A stretch of 64,000 bases of DNA from Eubacteriales bacterium (GCA_045127455.1 JBGVQK010000044.1:24158-88157); one strand, 5' to 3'. Positions 52,289-62,649 are shown, numbered from the stretch's first letter. A program made the numbers and translations. Notes: generated from the letters alone by a model not told the origin.

Positions 52289-54487
52289 TTATTTCTTATC
52301 TATAAGAACGCCCGTTGAGGGGATCTTTATTTTTTTGAGCCCCTTTGCATCTTCGGGGATCTTTTTGGGGTCGTTGGTAGCAGAAACAATCGTTGTGCCT
52401 TTCTTCATACTCATCAGCGTAACTCCGCCCGAGGTACGGGTTGCCATAATGGGAATGAGCGAGGACTTGATCAGAATTGCACGTCCGTCGGAGGCGGTGA
52501 TCATAATTTCCATCGGGCTCTTTTCATAGAACGCTGCTACAACGGGGGAGTTTTTGGAGTATGCCGAGGTGATCTTGCGGCGGTTGCCCGTAATTTCGTA
52601 GTTGGCAACCGAAATACGCACGCCCTTGCCGTTTTCAAATATCAGCACGATATTTTCCTTGGCGGGGTACTTGTTTTGAATGTTCATCAAAATCGGCTTT
52701 TCTCCGGCATCCATCTTGAGCTTAACGGGCAAATAGTCACCGAGTGCCGACGACTTGGTGGTGTCAAAGTCCTCTGCCTTTGCGCGGTAGAGCTGCTGTT
52801 GGTTGGTCAGGAAGATAAAGTTATCGGTGTTCTGACCATCCACCAAATAAAGCTGCTCGTCATCCTCTTTGAAGGATTGCTCGTCGTTACCCTGCAGCGA
52901 GCGGAAGGTGATCTTTTTGAAATACCCTTCGCGGCTGAGAACAAAGCGCGCGGGATAGTTTTCAATGTGTTCTTCTTCCTTGTATTCCTTAATAGCACCT
53001 GCGGAGACGATCTGCGAGCGACGAGGCTGACCGTATTTCTTTTTGACCTCGGTAAGCTGCTGGATAATAAGTGCTTTTTGCTTGAGCTCATCCTTGAGCG
53101 TTTCTTCCATATCGGCGATCTCTTTTTGCAAGTCGTCGATCTCTGCCAAACGGTTAAGGATGTACTCGCGGTTGAGGTAACGCAATTTGATCTCAGCAAT
53201 AAAGTTTGCCTGAATCTCGTCAATGTCAAAGCCCTTCATCAAGTTGGGAACAACCTGAGATTCTTTTTCGGTCTTACGAATGATGCGAATGGCTTTGTCG
53301 ATGTCAAGAAGAATTTTTCCAAGACCGAGCAACAGGTGCAGCTTGTCCTTCTTCTTCTTCAGGTCGAATTTCAGCTCGCGGCGAACGCATTGCAAGCGGA
53401 AGGTGATCCACTCGCGCAAGATCTCCTGCACACCCATTGTGCGAGGTGTGGAGTCGATAAGGATATTAAAGTTGCAACGGAAGCTATCCTCAAGGGGAGT
53501 GAGCTTAAACAGCTTTGCCATCAGCTTATCGGGGTCGGTTCCGCGGCGAACGTCAAGCGTGAGCTTAAAGCCGTTGAGGTCGATCTCATCGCGGAAGTCG
53601 GTGATCTCCTTGATCTTGCCTTCCTTGTAGAGCGTGGTCAATTTTGCCATGATCAGCTCAATGGTGGTAGAGTAGGGGATCTGGATGATCTCAATGCAGC
53701 TGTTTTCTTTATCAAAAACGTAGCGCGCACGCATACGCACCGAGCCCGAGCCCGTGGTGTAGATGCGCTTCATTTCCTCTTCGTCATAAAGAATGGCACC
53801 GCCACCGGGGAAATCGGGGGCTTTGATGAGCTCCATCAATTTTTCAAGGGGCAGTCGAGACTTGCGCAGCATAGCAATGGTGCCGTCGCAGATCTCGCCC
53901 AGGTTAAAGGAGCAAATATTGGATGCCATACCAACGGCAATACCCATATTGGGCATAACAAGCACGTTGGGGAAGGTGGTGGGCAGGAGCACAGGCTCCT
54001 TCATGGTAGCGTCATAGTTGTCTACCATATCTACGGCATTCTTTTCAATGCCGCCAAAAAGCTCGTGGCAAATAGGAGCGAGCTTTGCCTCTGTATAACG
54101 CGATGCCGATGCAACGGTGTTAGAGGAATACTGCTTACCAAACGAGCCCTTGGATTCTACCAAGGGGTGCAGCAGCGTTTCGTTTCCGCGCGTCAAGCGC
54201 ACCATCGTTTCATAAATGGATGCATCGCCGTGGGGGTTGAGCTTCATCGTTTGTCCTACAATGTTCGCGCTCTTGGTAAATCCGCCTGTGAGCAGACCCA
54301 TTTTATACATTGTATAAAGGAGCTTGCGGTGCGAGGGCTTCAGTCCATCGATTTCGGGGATCGCACGAGAAACGATAACGCTCATAACGTAGGGCATATA
54401 GTTCTTTTCAATCGTTTCGGTAATCGGTTGATAAACGATGGGGGCGTAAACGATTTCTTTCTTTTCTTTCTTTTGCTTTCTTGCCAT
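52289..54487 (-). CDS. type IIA DNA topoisomerase subunit A (ParC/GyrA-like)
   Basis: NYMPYVMSVIVSRAIPEIDGLKPSHRKLLYTMYKMG...NPHGDASIYETMVRL...SRYTEAKL (catalytic Tyr). 732 aa. Confidence 0.9.
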   Translation of the reverse strand: MARKQKKEKKEIVYAPIVYQPITETIEKNYMPYVMSVIVSRAIPEIDGLKPSHRKLLYTMYKMGLLTGGFTKSANIVGQTMKLNPHGDASIYETMVRLTRGNETLLHPLVESKGSFGKQYSSNTVASASRYTEAKLAPICHELFGGIEKNAVDMVDNYDATMKEPVLLPTTFPNVLVMPNMGIAVGMASNICSFNLGEICDGTIAMLRKSRLPLEKLMELIKAPDFPGGGAILYDEEEMKRIYTTGSGSVRMRARYVFDKENSCIEIIQIPYSTTIELIMAKLTTLYKEGKIKEITDFRDEIDLNGFKLTLDVRRGTDPDKLMAKLFKLTPLEDSFRCNFNILIDSTPRTMGVQEILREWITFRLQCVRRELKFDLKKKKDKLHLLLGLGKILLDIDKAIRIIRKTEKESQVVPNLMKGFDIDEIQANFIAEIKLRYLNREYILNRLAEIDDLQKEIADMEETLKDELKQKALIIQQLTEVKKKYGQPRRSQIVSAGAIKEYKEEEHIENYPARFVLSREGYFKKITFRSLQGNDEQSFKEDDEQLYLVDGQNTDNFIFLTNQQQLYRAKAEDFDTTKSSALGDYLPVKLKMDAGEKPILMNIQNKYPAKENIVLIFENGKGVRISVANYEITGNRRKITSAYSKNSPVVAAFYEKSPMEIMITASDGRAILIKSSLIPIMATRTSGGVTLMSMKKGTTIVSATNDPKKIPEDAKGLKKIKIPSTGVLIDKK

Positions 54488-54540
54488 TCTGTGATGTCCT
54501 TTCTGTTAGGTTTGGAACGGTATGGGGAAGCGTGCGCGCC

Positions 54541-55587
54541 TTACACTTCTTTTATGGTGTGCGCGGCAGCGCGGATCAAACGGTTATAAAGCGCAAGACC
54601 GAGCCCATCCTGTGGGGGCAAGTGCGCATAAATGATCTCGGCATCACTGCCATCAGCCTCTCGCAAAGCTGAAAAAAGCCGATGTGCCTGCGTGGCAAGA
54701 TCGTTTTTGTTTCCAATGGGAAAGAGTGTGCTGTCCGCGAGTAGATCGCACTCCTCGTTGTAGCAAAGAATTGCACACTTTTGTGCCTGTGCCTCGCCTT
54801 TGAGATACGCCAGCACGTCCGCATCCTTGCCCTTGAGCAACACGAGCGGAGCGGTGGGGGCGTAGTGACGGTATTTCATACCCGGGGAGAGCGGTCGCTC
54901 GTTCTCGGCAAGCTGATGCAGCACGGCATCGGCAATCGTCACCTTTTCGCACACAAGAGAGAGTGCATCGCGGGTAATGCCGCCGGGGCGCAAGAGGATG
55001 AGCCCGTCACCGTCAATTTTAACGATGGTGGATTCAAGACCGATCTCGCTCTCGCCGCCGTCAAGGATCATATCCACACGCCCGTCCATATCCTCTGCCA
55101 CGTGAGCGGCAGAAGTGGGAGAGGGCTTGCCCGAAAGATTGGCAGACGGTGCAGCGATAGGAAAACCGCAAAGCTCGATGAGCCTATGTGCTACGGGATG
55201 CGAGGGGCAACGCACAGCTACGCTGTCAAGCCCACCCGTAGTGGATTTTGGAATGGTATTTTTGCGGGGCAGAATGACTGTGAGCGGTCCCGGCATAAAC
55301 GCCTTAGACAGCCGATAGTAAAGCGCGTTTGTTTCGGCATACGCCTCGGCATCGGCAGGGTTTGCAATATGAATGATAAGGGGGTTGTCCGAGGGACGTC
55401 CCTTGGCGGCATAGATCTTTTTTGCTGCCTCGTCGCGCGTAGCGTCACCGCCAAGACCGTAAACGGTCTCTGTGGGAAAGACCACGAGTCCGCCCGCTCG
55501 CAAAACCGAAGCGGCACGAAAGAGGTCATTTTCTTGCGCGGCTATGTCTGTAATTTTGATATGTTCGGTTTTCAAGGGAGTCTCCAA
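54541..55587 (-). CDS. tsaC: L-threonylcarbamoyladenylate synthase (Sua5/YwlC type, with C-terminal Sua5 domain)
   Basis: LRAGGLVVFPTETVYGLGGDA...KGRPSDNPLIIHI...SAPSANLSGKPSPT. TTG start inferred at 55587. Confidence 0.9.
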   Translation of the reverse strand: METPLKTEHIKITDIAAQENDLFRAASVLRAGGLVVFPTETVYGLGGDATRDEAAKKIYAAKGRPSDNPLIIHIANPADAEAYAETNALYYRLSKAFMPGPLTVILPRKNTIPKSTTGGLDSVAVRCPSHPVAHRLIELCGFPIAAPSANLSGKPSPTSAAHVAEDMDGRVDMILDGGESEIGLESTIVKIDGDGLILLRPGGITRDALSLVCEKVTIADAVLHQLAENERPLSPGMKYRHYAPTAPLVLLKGKDADVLAYLKGEAQAQKCAILCYNEECDLLADSTLFPIGNKNDLATQAHRLFSALREADGSDAEIIYAHLPPQDGLGLALYNRLIRAAAHTIKEV

Positions 55588-55591
55588 ATCG

Positions 55592-56659
55592 TTAATTCTC
55601 TTGATTTTTCAGTTTTTCGGCTGTTTCTGCGGTGGCAAGGGCATCGATCATTGCGCCAATGTCGCCGTCGAGAAAACGGTCGATGGAGTGAATGGTGAGT
55701 CCGATGCGGTGATCGGTAATACGGCCTTGCGGATAGTTGTAGGTGCGAATGCGCTCGCTTCGATCACCCGTGCCGACTTGACGGCGGCGGTCGGAAGCGA
55801 TGGCATCGGTTTGCTCGCGTTGCTTTTGATCGTAAAGAATGGTGCGCAGCATACGCAGGGCTTTATCCTTGTTTTTGAACTGACTGCGCTCCTCTTGACA
55901 TTCAACCACAATACCCGTGGGCTTGTGCGTAAGACGAACGGCAGACTCGGTCTTGTTGATGTGCTGACCGCCCGCGCCGCTTGATTTGCAGGATTCAAAA
56001 ATGAGGTCGGCAGGGTTGATCTCAACCGAGACCTCTTCGGCCTCGGGGAGAACGGCAACCGTTGCCGTTGAGGTTTGAATACGTCCCTGCGATTCGGTTT
56101 CGGGTACGCGTTGCACGCGGTGAACGCCACTCTCGTATTTAAAACGGGAATACGCACCTTCACCCTCTACCTGGAAGGTCAGCTGACGGTAGCCGCCAAG
56201 CTCGGTGGGGTTCTCGGAAAGCAGCGAGCAGCGAAAGCCCGCCGTTGCGGCATACATCGTATACATACGGTAAAGAACGGCGGCAAACAGAGCAGCTTCT
56301 TCGCCACCGGCGCCTGCGCGGATCTCCACCATTACGTTCTTTTCGTCGTTGGGGTCGCGGGGCAGCAGCATAATGGTGAGCTCGCTCTTGAGCTGCTCAA
56401 CAAGCTCCTTTGCCTCGCGCAATTCCTCGGTTGCCAGCGCGCGCAATTCGTCGTCGCCTTCCTCCAAAAGGAAGAGGGCATCGTCAATGCGCGCCTGTGC
56501 CGATTTGAATGCGCGGTATTTTTCAATGATGGGGGTCAGGGATTTATACTCTTTTGCGATCTGCGCGCATCGCGCAGGATCACCTGCTATTACAGGATCG
56601 GAGAGCGAGGCCTCCAGGTGCAAATATTTATCTTCGGCTTGTTGTAACTTTGTCAGCAT
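55592..56659 (-). CDS. prfA: peptide chain release factor 1
   Basis: ...RIQTSTATVAVLPEAEE...SGAGGQHINKTESAVRLTHKPTGIVVECQEERSQFKNK (GGQ motif). GGAGG RBS. Confidence 0.95.
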   Translation of the reverse strand: MLTKLQQAEDKYLHLEASLSDPVIAGDPARCAQIAKEYKSLTPIIEKYRAFKSAQARIDDALFLLEEGDDELRALATEELREAKELVEQLKSELTIMLLPRDPNDEKNVMVEIRAGAGGEEAALFAAVLYRMYTMYAATAGFRCSLLSENPTELGGYRQLTFQVEGEGAYSRFKYESGVHRVQRVPETESQGRIQTSTATVAVLPEAEEVSVEINPADLIFESCKSSGAGGQHINKTESAVRLTHKPTGIVVECQEERSQFKNKDKALRMLRTILYDQKQREQTDAIASDRRRQVGTGDRSERIRTYNYPQGRITDHRIGLTIHSIDRFLDGDIGAMIDALATAETAEKLKNQEN

Positions 56660-56698
56660 CAGAGACCTCCTTTCTCACAACGTGAAAATGAAATCGAA

Positions 56699-58075
56699 TT
56701 AGAATTGATAGAATGCACGGAATGCGCGGTAAGCCTCATAGAGGTCGACCTTTGCAATCAGCTCGTAGGGAGCGTGCATGGAGAGAACGCCAACACCAAT
56801 GTCGATGGTGTCGATGTTGTGGTTTGCCATATACTTTGCAACGGTTCCGCCGCCGCCAACGTCGGTCTTGCCGAGCTCGCTGATCTGCCATACAACACCT
56901 GCTTCGTTCAGGAAGCGGCGCGTCCAGCCAACCATTTCGGCACTTGCGTCGGATGTACCGCCCTTGCCACCGCTACCGGTGTACTTGCACAGGCAAACGC
57001 CGCAACCGATCAGGGAAGAGTTGCGATGCTCATAAACGTCAGCATAGTTGGGGTCAAAGGTTGCCGTTACGTCGCTGGAGAGGCACTTGGAGTTTGCACG
57101 AACAGCTGCCTCGTTGCCGCCAAGAGCCTTTGCGATCTCGGCGATCATATCAACGATGAGGCTGCTTTGCATACCGGTAACGCCATCGCTGCCGGTCTCT
57201 TCCTTGTCAACAAGCAGACACATAGAGGTGTGGGTGGTGTCGGTGCTGTCGATCATAGCGGTCAGGGAAGGATAAGCGCAAACGCGATCGTCGTGACCGT
57301 AAGCGCAGATCATCGAGCGGTCAAAGCCAACGTCGCGAGCCTTTGCCGCGGGAACGATAGAAAGCTCGGCAGAGAGGAAATCATCCTCGGCAATGCCGTA
57401 TTTTTCATTGAGATAATTGAGAACGCCTGCCTTAACAGCATCCTTTTCTTCGCCGTCAACGGGGCGGCTGCCAACAAGAATGTTCAGCTTTTCTGCTTGG
57501 AATACCTCATTGAGAGTCTTTCCGCCTTGCGCACGGGCGAGGTGGGGGAGCAGGTCTGTAATGTACATAACGGGATCGCTATCGTCCTCGCCTACAACAA
57601 CGTCAATGACCGTGCCATCCTGCTTTACAACTACGCCGTGCAAAGCCAGAGGCATTGCGAGCCATTGATACTTGCGAACGCCACCGTAGTAGTGTGTTTT
57701 AAAGAAGGACATTCCGTGCTCCTCATAAAGCGGAACGGGCTTGAGGTCAAGACGGGGGGAGTCAATGTGAGCGGCAGTGATACGGATACCGTTGTTGATG
57801 TTCTCGGTACCGATGCGGAACAAAAAGATGTTTTTGCCGCGGTTGTTATAATAGAGCTTGTCGCCTACGTTGATAGCATCGCCAAAGTTCCAGGCACGGT
57901 AGCCTGCAGCCTCAGCCAAGCGAACGCTCTCTGCAACTGCTTCGCGCTCGGTCTTTGCCGCATCAAGAAATTTGACGTAACTCTTGGCATATTCATAAGC
58001 TTCTTCTACGACCTTGGCACCTGCCAATTCGTAGACGGTCTTTTTTTCATAACGAAGATTTTTGTTTTCGGACAT
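56699..58075 (-). CDS. M18-family aminopeptidase
   Basis: ...GIRITAAHIDSPRLDLKP...YGHDDRVCAY...MHAPYE are blocks typical of aminopeptidase 1/ApeA-like enzymes. Confidence 0.85.
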   Translation of the reverse strand: MSENKNLRYEKKTVYELAGAKVVEEAYEYAKSYVKFLDAAKTEREAVAESVRLAEAAGYRAWNFGDAINVGDKLYYNNRGKNIFLFRIGTENINNGIRITAAHIDSPRLDLKPVPLYEEHGMSFFKTHYYGGVRKYQWLAMPLALHGVVVKQDGTVIDVVVGEDDSDPVMYITDLLPHLARAQGGKTLNEVFQAEKLNILVGSRPVDGEEKDAVKAGVLNYLNEKYGIAEDDFLSAELSIVPAAKARDVGFDRSMICAYGHDDRVCAYPSLTAMIDSTDTTHTSMCLLVDKEETGSDGVTGMQSSLIVDMIAEIAKALGGNEAAVRANSKCLSSDVTATFDPNYADVYEHRNSSLIGCGVCLCKYTGSGGKGGTSDASAEMVGWTRRFLNEAGVVWQISELGKTDVGGGGTVAKYMANHNIDTIDIGVGVLSMHAPYELIAKVDLYEAYRAFRAFYQF

Positions 58076-58105
58076 GGTAATGGTCTCCTTTATATGTTTC
58101 GATTC

Positions 58106-58681
58106 TTAAAAATACAATTTGATGTAAAGCTCGCGCGCTTTTTCCACATCACGCACATAGCGAGCGGTCTTTGCGTTGGGAATACTCGCAAGCGTTCCAA
58201 ATTCGCTGGCGTATTCGGGATTGGAAAGCCACGCATCAACGGCTTCGGTCCCTGCATCAAAGGCGGCAAAAACGGTCTCCCAAACGCCATAGCGCTCATA
58301 AAGATGGGAGAGATATGCCGCACCGCAGGTAAGATTTTTTTGCGGATCGTAAAGACGTCCCGCATCCTCGGGAGCTTCCCCGAGAATTTCGGTTTGTATC
58401 ATTGCAAATTCGGCAGGCGTAAGCTGCATCAATCCAATGCCGCCGTCCTTGCCCTCCAAATTGCTGGCAAAGCCGCTTTCGGTGCGCACGGTCGCCCAAA
58501 GGATCACCTCGGGAATGCCGTATTTTGCGGCAACCTCGCGAATATCGTTGGCGTAGCGAGGGGAGAGGGGATATTGATTTTTTTCAATGGCGGTCGCAAT
58601 GCCGTCAAAGGCAAATCCAAAGCCTATGGAAAGAGCGAGGATCGCGGCAATGATGGCAAGACTTCTTGCATTCAGCTTCAT
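58106..58681 (-). CDS. lytic transglycosylase (SLT domain), membrane anchored
   Basis: N-terminal TM segment. ...VRTESGFASNLEGKDGGIGLMQLTPAEF... (catalytic ES and GLMQ motifs). Confidence 0.8.
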   Translation of the reverse strand: MKLNARSLAIIAAILALSIGFGFAFDGIATAIEKNQYPLSPRYANDIREVAAKYGIPEVILWATVRTESGFASNLEGKDGGIGLMQLTPAEFAMIQTEILGEAPEDAGRLYDPQKNLTCGAAYLSHLYERYGVWETVFAAFDAGTEAVDAWLSNPEYASEFGTLASIPNAKTARYVRDVEKARELYIKLYF

Positions 58682-59280
58682 CGGGAAAGTACCCCCAATT
58701 CCTTGAGGATATGATGTACCCGTGGGGTTAATGATTCAACGTTTCCGTTGTTTTCAATCACAAAATCGGAATGCGCCTTGAAGAAATCGTCGCTCTTTTG
58801 CGCCAAGATGCGGCGCATAGCCGCCTCGGGGGAAATGCCGTCGCGCGCCATAATGCGCTCGAGCCTGAGCTGACGGTCAGCCAAAACGGATATGACCGCG
58901 GTGCAGCCCTTGTGCGCGCCTGCTTCAAAAAGCTGAGGAGCATCAAACACCACAACGGGCACGCCCTCGCGACGCAAACGCTCCATACGCGTCTTGACCT
59001 CTTCCATTACGTATCTGTGGGTAATGGTGTTCAGCCGCTCGCGAGCGGCGGGGTCGTTGAACACAATGCCGCCCAAGGTGCGACGGTCAAGAGAGCCGTC
59101 GGGGGAGAGAATGCCCTTTCCAAAGACCTCTTTCAGCTCCTCCAAGCAAGAGGAGGGGGGCGTGATCAGCTCGTGATAAACGCGATCTGCATTGATAACG
59201 GGAATGCCGTGGCGAGCAAAGATGGTTGCGACCTCGCCCTTGCCCGCACCCGTAGGACCTGTCAGTCCAATTACGAGCAT
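58678..59280 (-). CDS. coaE: dephospho-CoA kinase
   Basis: MLVIGLTGPTGAGKGEVATIFARHGIPVINADRVYHEL. 4-nt overlap with the downstream gene. Confidence 0.9.
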   Translation of the reverse strand: MLVIGLTGPTGAGKGEVATIFARHGIPVINADRVYHELITPPSSCLEELKEVFGKGILSPDGSLDRRTLGGIVFNDPAARERLNTITHRYVMEEVKTRMERLRREGVPVVVFDAPQLFEAGAHKGCTAVISVLADRQLRLERIMARDGISPEAAMRRILAQKSDDFFKAHSDFVIENNGNVESLTPRVHHILKELGVLSR

Positions 59281-60425
59281 GGCGGCACCTCCATTCTCAG
59301 TCCGCCGATCCCATCAGAGGCGTATGCGGTCTCCATTACCTTTTGCACGTAAAGTCCGTCAGCAAAAGAGGGGGAGAATGGCTTGCCCTCTGCCACAGAG
59401 GAGAGGAAAGCGTGCATACTTGCAAGGTGCCCGTAAAGCCACCCTGCAGGTGCCTTGGGAGAGGGGAAGGTGAGGTCGGGGTAACGGCCGACGCACTCGA
59501 TTTTGGTAAAGCCGCGCATGCCCCCAATAGGAGCGTTGGCAGCTGTGTTATCATAGTAGTAGAGCCAATTGGGCTCCATTAAGGAGAAGCGAAGCGCGCC
59601 TCGCTCACCGTATATTTCAAACGAAAGATCGTCGTTTGTTCCAACCTGCAATTTTCCAACAGTGATCGTGCCGCACGCACCTTCCGCAGTCTTGCCCGTC
59701 AAATAGAAGGATTCATCGGCATTGGTTTCCCATTTTTCGCCGTATCTGCCCTTGCGGGTGGGGTAGCCGATCTGGCTCATGCCGCCAACCTGTACAAGAG
59801 GACCGCACAAAAAGCCGAGCAGGTCGATGACGTGAGAGCCGAGATCAAACAGCACGCCGCCACCGCAAACGGTGCTATCCTGCTTCCACCCCGCGGGGCG
59901 GTTGGGGTCTGCCGCACTGTTGTGCAGATACTTGCCCTCAAAGCTGAGGATGCGACCGAGCTTACCTTCGTCAATAAGCTGCTTTGCACGCATTACGGGA
60001 GCGATCCAGCGGTTGTTGAATACCATACCGCAAATCTGTCCCGCATTAAGGGGGAGCGCGGCGACCTCTTCGGCTTGCTCCGCACTGATGCACAAGGGCT
60101 TTTCGCAAAGCACGCTTTTGCCGGCGGCAATCGCTTTTTTCAGTGTTTCATAGTGATAAACGTTTGGTGTGCAAACGTCGATCACGTCGATCTCGGGGGA
60201 ATTGATCAAGTCATCCTCGTTGGTCGTGGCGATCTTCATACCAAACTCGCGCGCAACGCGCTCGCTCTTTTCTTGCGTTGTGGTGCAAACGCCCAAAACC
60301 TCGCAAGCAAAAGGAAGCTCCCCATAAAAGAAGGGAAGATTTTGCACAGCCCAGGTATGCGTTCTGCCCATTGCGCCAAAGCCCAAAAGACCGATGCGGA
60401 TCGTTTTCTTTTCGTTTTGTTCCAT
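59271..60425 (-). CDS. Gfo/Idh/MocA-family oxidoreductase
   Basis: IRIGLLGFGAMGRTH...DVIDVCTPNVYH...VLCEKPL. ATG at 60425 (AAAGGAAGG upstream); the track's upstream extension is rejected. Confidence 0.85.
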   Translation of the reverse strand: MEQNEKKTIRIGLLGFGAMGRTHTWAVQNLPFFYGELPFACEVLGVCTTTQEKSERVAREFGMKIATTNEDDLINSPEIDVIDVCTPNVYHYETLKKAIAAGKSVLCEKPLCISAEQAEEVAALPLNAGQICGMVFNNRWIAPVMRAKQLIDEGKLGRILSFEGKYLHNSAADPNRPAGWKQDSTVCGGGVLFDLGSHVIDLLGFLCGPLVQVGGMSQIGYPTRKGRYGEKWETNADESFYLTGKTAEGACGTITVGKLQVGTNDDLSFEIYGERGALRFSLMEPNWLYYYDNTAANAPIGGMRGFTKIECVGRYPDLTFPSPKAPAGWLYGHLASMHAFLSSVAEGKPFSPSFADGLYVQKVMETAYASDGIGGLRMEVPPCS

Positions 60426-60655
60426 TTTGCAAAGCCTTCCTTTCCCAATTCGTTGCAAGCACTCGCGCGTGCGCATTACACGAATATATATCTATTCATC
60501 TTATTATAACCCAAAATTTTTGCTTTTGCAATAGGATTGCGCATTATTTTGTTGGAAAATTCAACTTTTCTATCCTTTTTTCGTCTCTTTTATATTGCAT
60601 TTGGCAAAGATTTCGAGTATAATATAGATAGATACTGCGAAGGGAGGGGAATGGA

Positions 60656-61552
60656 ATGGAACAGCTGATTTTGAATTTGCAAGCACTTGGCGTAGAATGG
60701 GAGCAAAACTGCCCACTCTCCAAGCATTCCTCTTTTCGCATAGGCGGCGCGGCAGACCTCGCACTCTTTCCGCGCTCGAGCGATGCACTTTGCCAAACGC
60801 TCTCGCTTTTGCGTGAAAACGGCATTCCCACAATGGTTATTGGCAACGGCAGCAACGTCGTTTTTTCGGATGACGGGTATCGCGGAGCGGTCGTCTTTAC
60901 GGGCAAATGCCGCAAGATCAAAATAGAGAATGATATCGTTCATGCCGATGCGGGCGTGCCTCTTTCGGCACTCGCTTCTGCCGTTCGTGACGAAAGCCTT
61001 TCGGGCTTGGAGTTTGCATTTGGCATTCCCGGCACGCTTGGCGGTGCCGTTTATATGAACGCAGGCGCCTACGGTGGCGCTATCAGCGACGTTTGTGTTA
61101 CTTCCAAATATTACGACCTTGAAAAAGGTCAAGTATATAGCCTGACGGGTAGTGAGCATCATTTTGACTACCGCGAAAGCATTTATCAAAAGCATCCCGA
61201 GCGCGTGATCCTTGGGGCAACCTTGAAATTGAAAAAGGGTATCCGCAAAGTGATCACAGAAGAAATGCGAGCCTATTGGGATAAAAGACGCATCACACAG
61301 CCGCTTGAGCTACCAAATGCAGGGAGTATTTTCAAGCGCCCCGAGGGGCATTTTGCAGGCAAGCTGATAGAGGACTGTGGGCTGAAAGGGCTGACGGTCG
61401 GTGGCGCGCAGGTCTCCACCAAGCACGCGGGATTCATCGTCAATATTGGTGGAGCCACCTGCGAGGACGTCAAACGCTTGATTGAGCAGATACAAACCAC
61501 TGTATTGCAAAAAACAGGCGTGAAGCTTGAGTGTGAAATCAAATTCCTGTAA
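60656..61552 (+). CDS. murB: UDP-N-acetylmuramate dehydrogenase
   Basis: ...LSKHSSFRIGGAADLALFP...VIGNGSNVVFSDDGYRGAVVF...NAGSIFKRP...GGAQVSTKHAGFIVN. A TTGCAT-17-TATAAT promoter lies upstream. Confidence 0.95.
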   Translation: MEQLILNLQALGVEWEQNCPLSKHSSFRIGGAADLALFPRSSDALCQTLSLLRENGIPTMVIGNGSNVVFSDDGYRGAVVFTGKCRKIKIENDIVHADAGVPLSALASAVRDESLSGLEFAFGIPGTLGGAVYMNAGAYGGAISDVCVTSKYYDLEKGQVYSLTGSEHHFDYRESIYQKHPERVILGATLKLKKGIRKVITEEMRAYWDKRRITQPLELPNAGSIFKRPEGHFAGKLIEDCGLKGLTVGGAQVSTKHAGFIVNIGGATCEDVKRLIEQIQTTVLQKTGVKLECEIKFL

Positions 61553-61571
61553 TATCTTGACACAGCAAACA

Positions 61572-61739
61572 ACTTTCTTAGCGAGCAGGGTCTCGGTGGC
61601 GCCTGCGAGCTGGCGATAGCAAGAGCGAGGTTTACCCTCGCGCCGACTGTCCATTTGCAAACTAACGAATTTATTTGGATAATCCTTGTGTGAAAGTTTT
61701 TGAGGGGTGTGGGGAACTTTTTTCAAAAAGTTTCCCACG
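61572..61739 (-). repeat. ~168-bp dispersed repeat, copy B (inverted relative to 51868-52035)
   Basis: The reverse complement reads CGTGGGAAACTTTTTGAAAAAAGTTCCCCACACCCCTCAAAAACTTTC...GACAGTCGGCGCGAGGGTAAACCTCGCTCTTGCTATCGCCAGC...TCGCTAAGA. Confidence 0.75.
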
Positions 61740-61761
61740 AAATAAAAAAAGAGGTGACAAA

Positions 61762-62649
61762 ATGACCTTTACCGAGCGCGTGTGCGCGGAGCTGAGAGAG
61801 CTCCCAATCAAAAAGAATTGTTGCAGACGTGCACTCAGTGCGGGTCTTTTGCTCTGTGCCATGCGGCAGATGGGAGGACAAGTTGTTTTGCCCTGCAAGC
61901 GCGAGGAAGTTGCGCAGTTTGCCGCAGGCGTATTTGAAAAAACCTATTCCAAAACGGCAGAGATGAACGTTATCGGCTACCACGGGCATCGCCAATGGCA
62001 GCTTGTGCTTCCGTCTCCCGCAGCCTCAAAGCTTACGGCGCAGCTGCGTGAGGATGGAGCAGATATTGACGAATTGCTGCACCTGTCGGCGTGCGAGAGC
62101 TGTCGCGCGGCATTTTTGAGAGGATTGTTTTTCATTTCGGGAACGGTTAACGATCCGCAAAAATCCTATCATCTCGAGTTTGTTCTCCCCAGCGAGGAGA
62201 GCGCCGAGGCGGTCACCAATTATCTTGCATCTATCGGCTATCCCCCTCGCCGCATCGCGCGCAATACGGGCGTAGGACTTTATTTTAAGGATGCCACATC
62301 CGTTGCCGATCTTGTCACCCTGATGGGCTCGCATAGCATTATTTTTGAGTTTTATAACGCACGTATCGCAAGTGATATCCGCAACAACGAAAACCGCGCC
62401 ACAAATTGCGTGGCAAGAAATATTCAAAAGGCGGTTGCCGCCGCCGCGCGGCAGATGGAAGCCATTGGGCGACTTATGGAGAGCGGAAAGCTCGACTCCT
62501 TGCCCGAGCCGCTTCGCGAGACCGCACTTTTGCGCTATCGCAATCCTGATGCAACTTTAGACGAATTAAAAAATTTGCATCATCCACCCATATCCAAATC
62601 GGGGCTTTCCCATCGACTGCAAAAGCTGCTCGACGAAGCCGAAGAATAA
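61762..62649 (+). CDS. whiA: DNA-binding protein WhiA
   Basis: MTFTERVCAELRELPIKKNCCRRALSAGLLL...FLRGLFFISGTVNDP...SKSGLSHRLQKL (C-terminal HTH). ATG at 61762 after AGAGGTGA. Confidence 0.9.
   Translation: MTFTERVCAELRELPIKKNCCRRALSAGLLLCAMRQMGGQVVLPCKREEVAQFAAGVFEKTYSKTAEMNVIGYHGHRQWQLVLPSPAASKLTAQLREDGADIDELLHLSACESCRAAFLRGLFFISGTVNDPQKSYHLEFVLPSEESAEAVTNYLASIGYPPRRIARNTGVGLYFKDATSVADLVTLMGSHSIIFEFYNARIASDIRNNENRATNCVARNIQKAVAAAARQMEAIGRLMESGKLDSLPEPLRETALLRYRNPDATLDELKNLHHPPISKSGLSHRLQKLLDEAEE

Noticed and set aside
52676-54589. 637-aa plus-strand ORF
   Set aside because: It is antisense to the type IIA topoisomerase A-subunit gene, whose motifs are unambiguous. This is a typical long shadow ORF.
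54541-56659. prfA followed directly by sua5 without prmC, as a possible anomaly
   Set aside because: Gene order in this cluster varies among Firmicutes, and prmC may simply be elsewhere. The sequence shows nothing unusual.
56705-58714. 669-aa plus-strand ORF
   Set aside because: It is antisense to the M18 aminopeptidase and SLT genes. The composition is low-complexity and I recognise no motifs.
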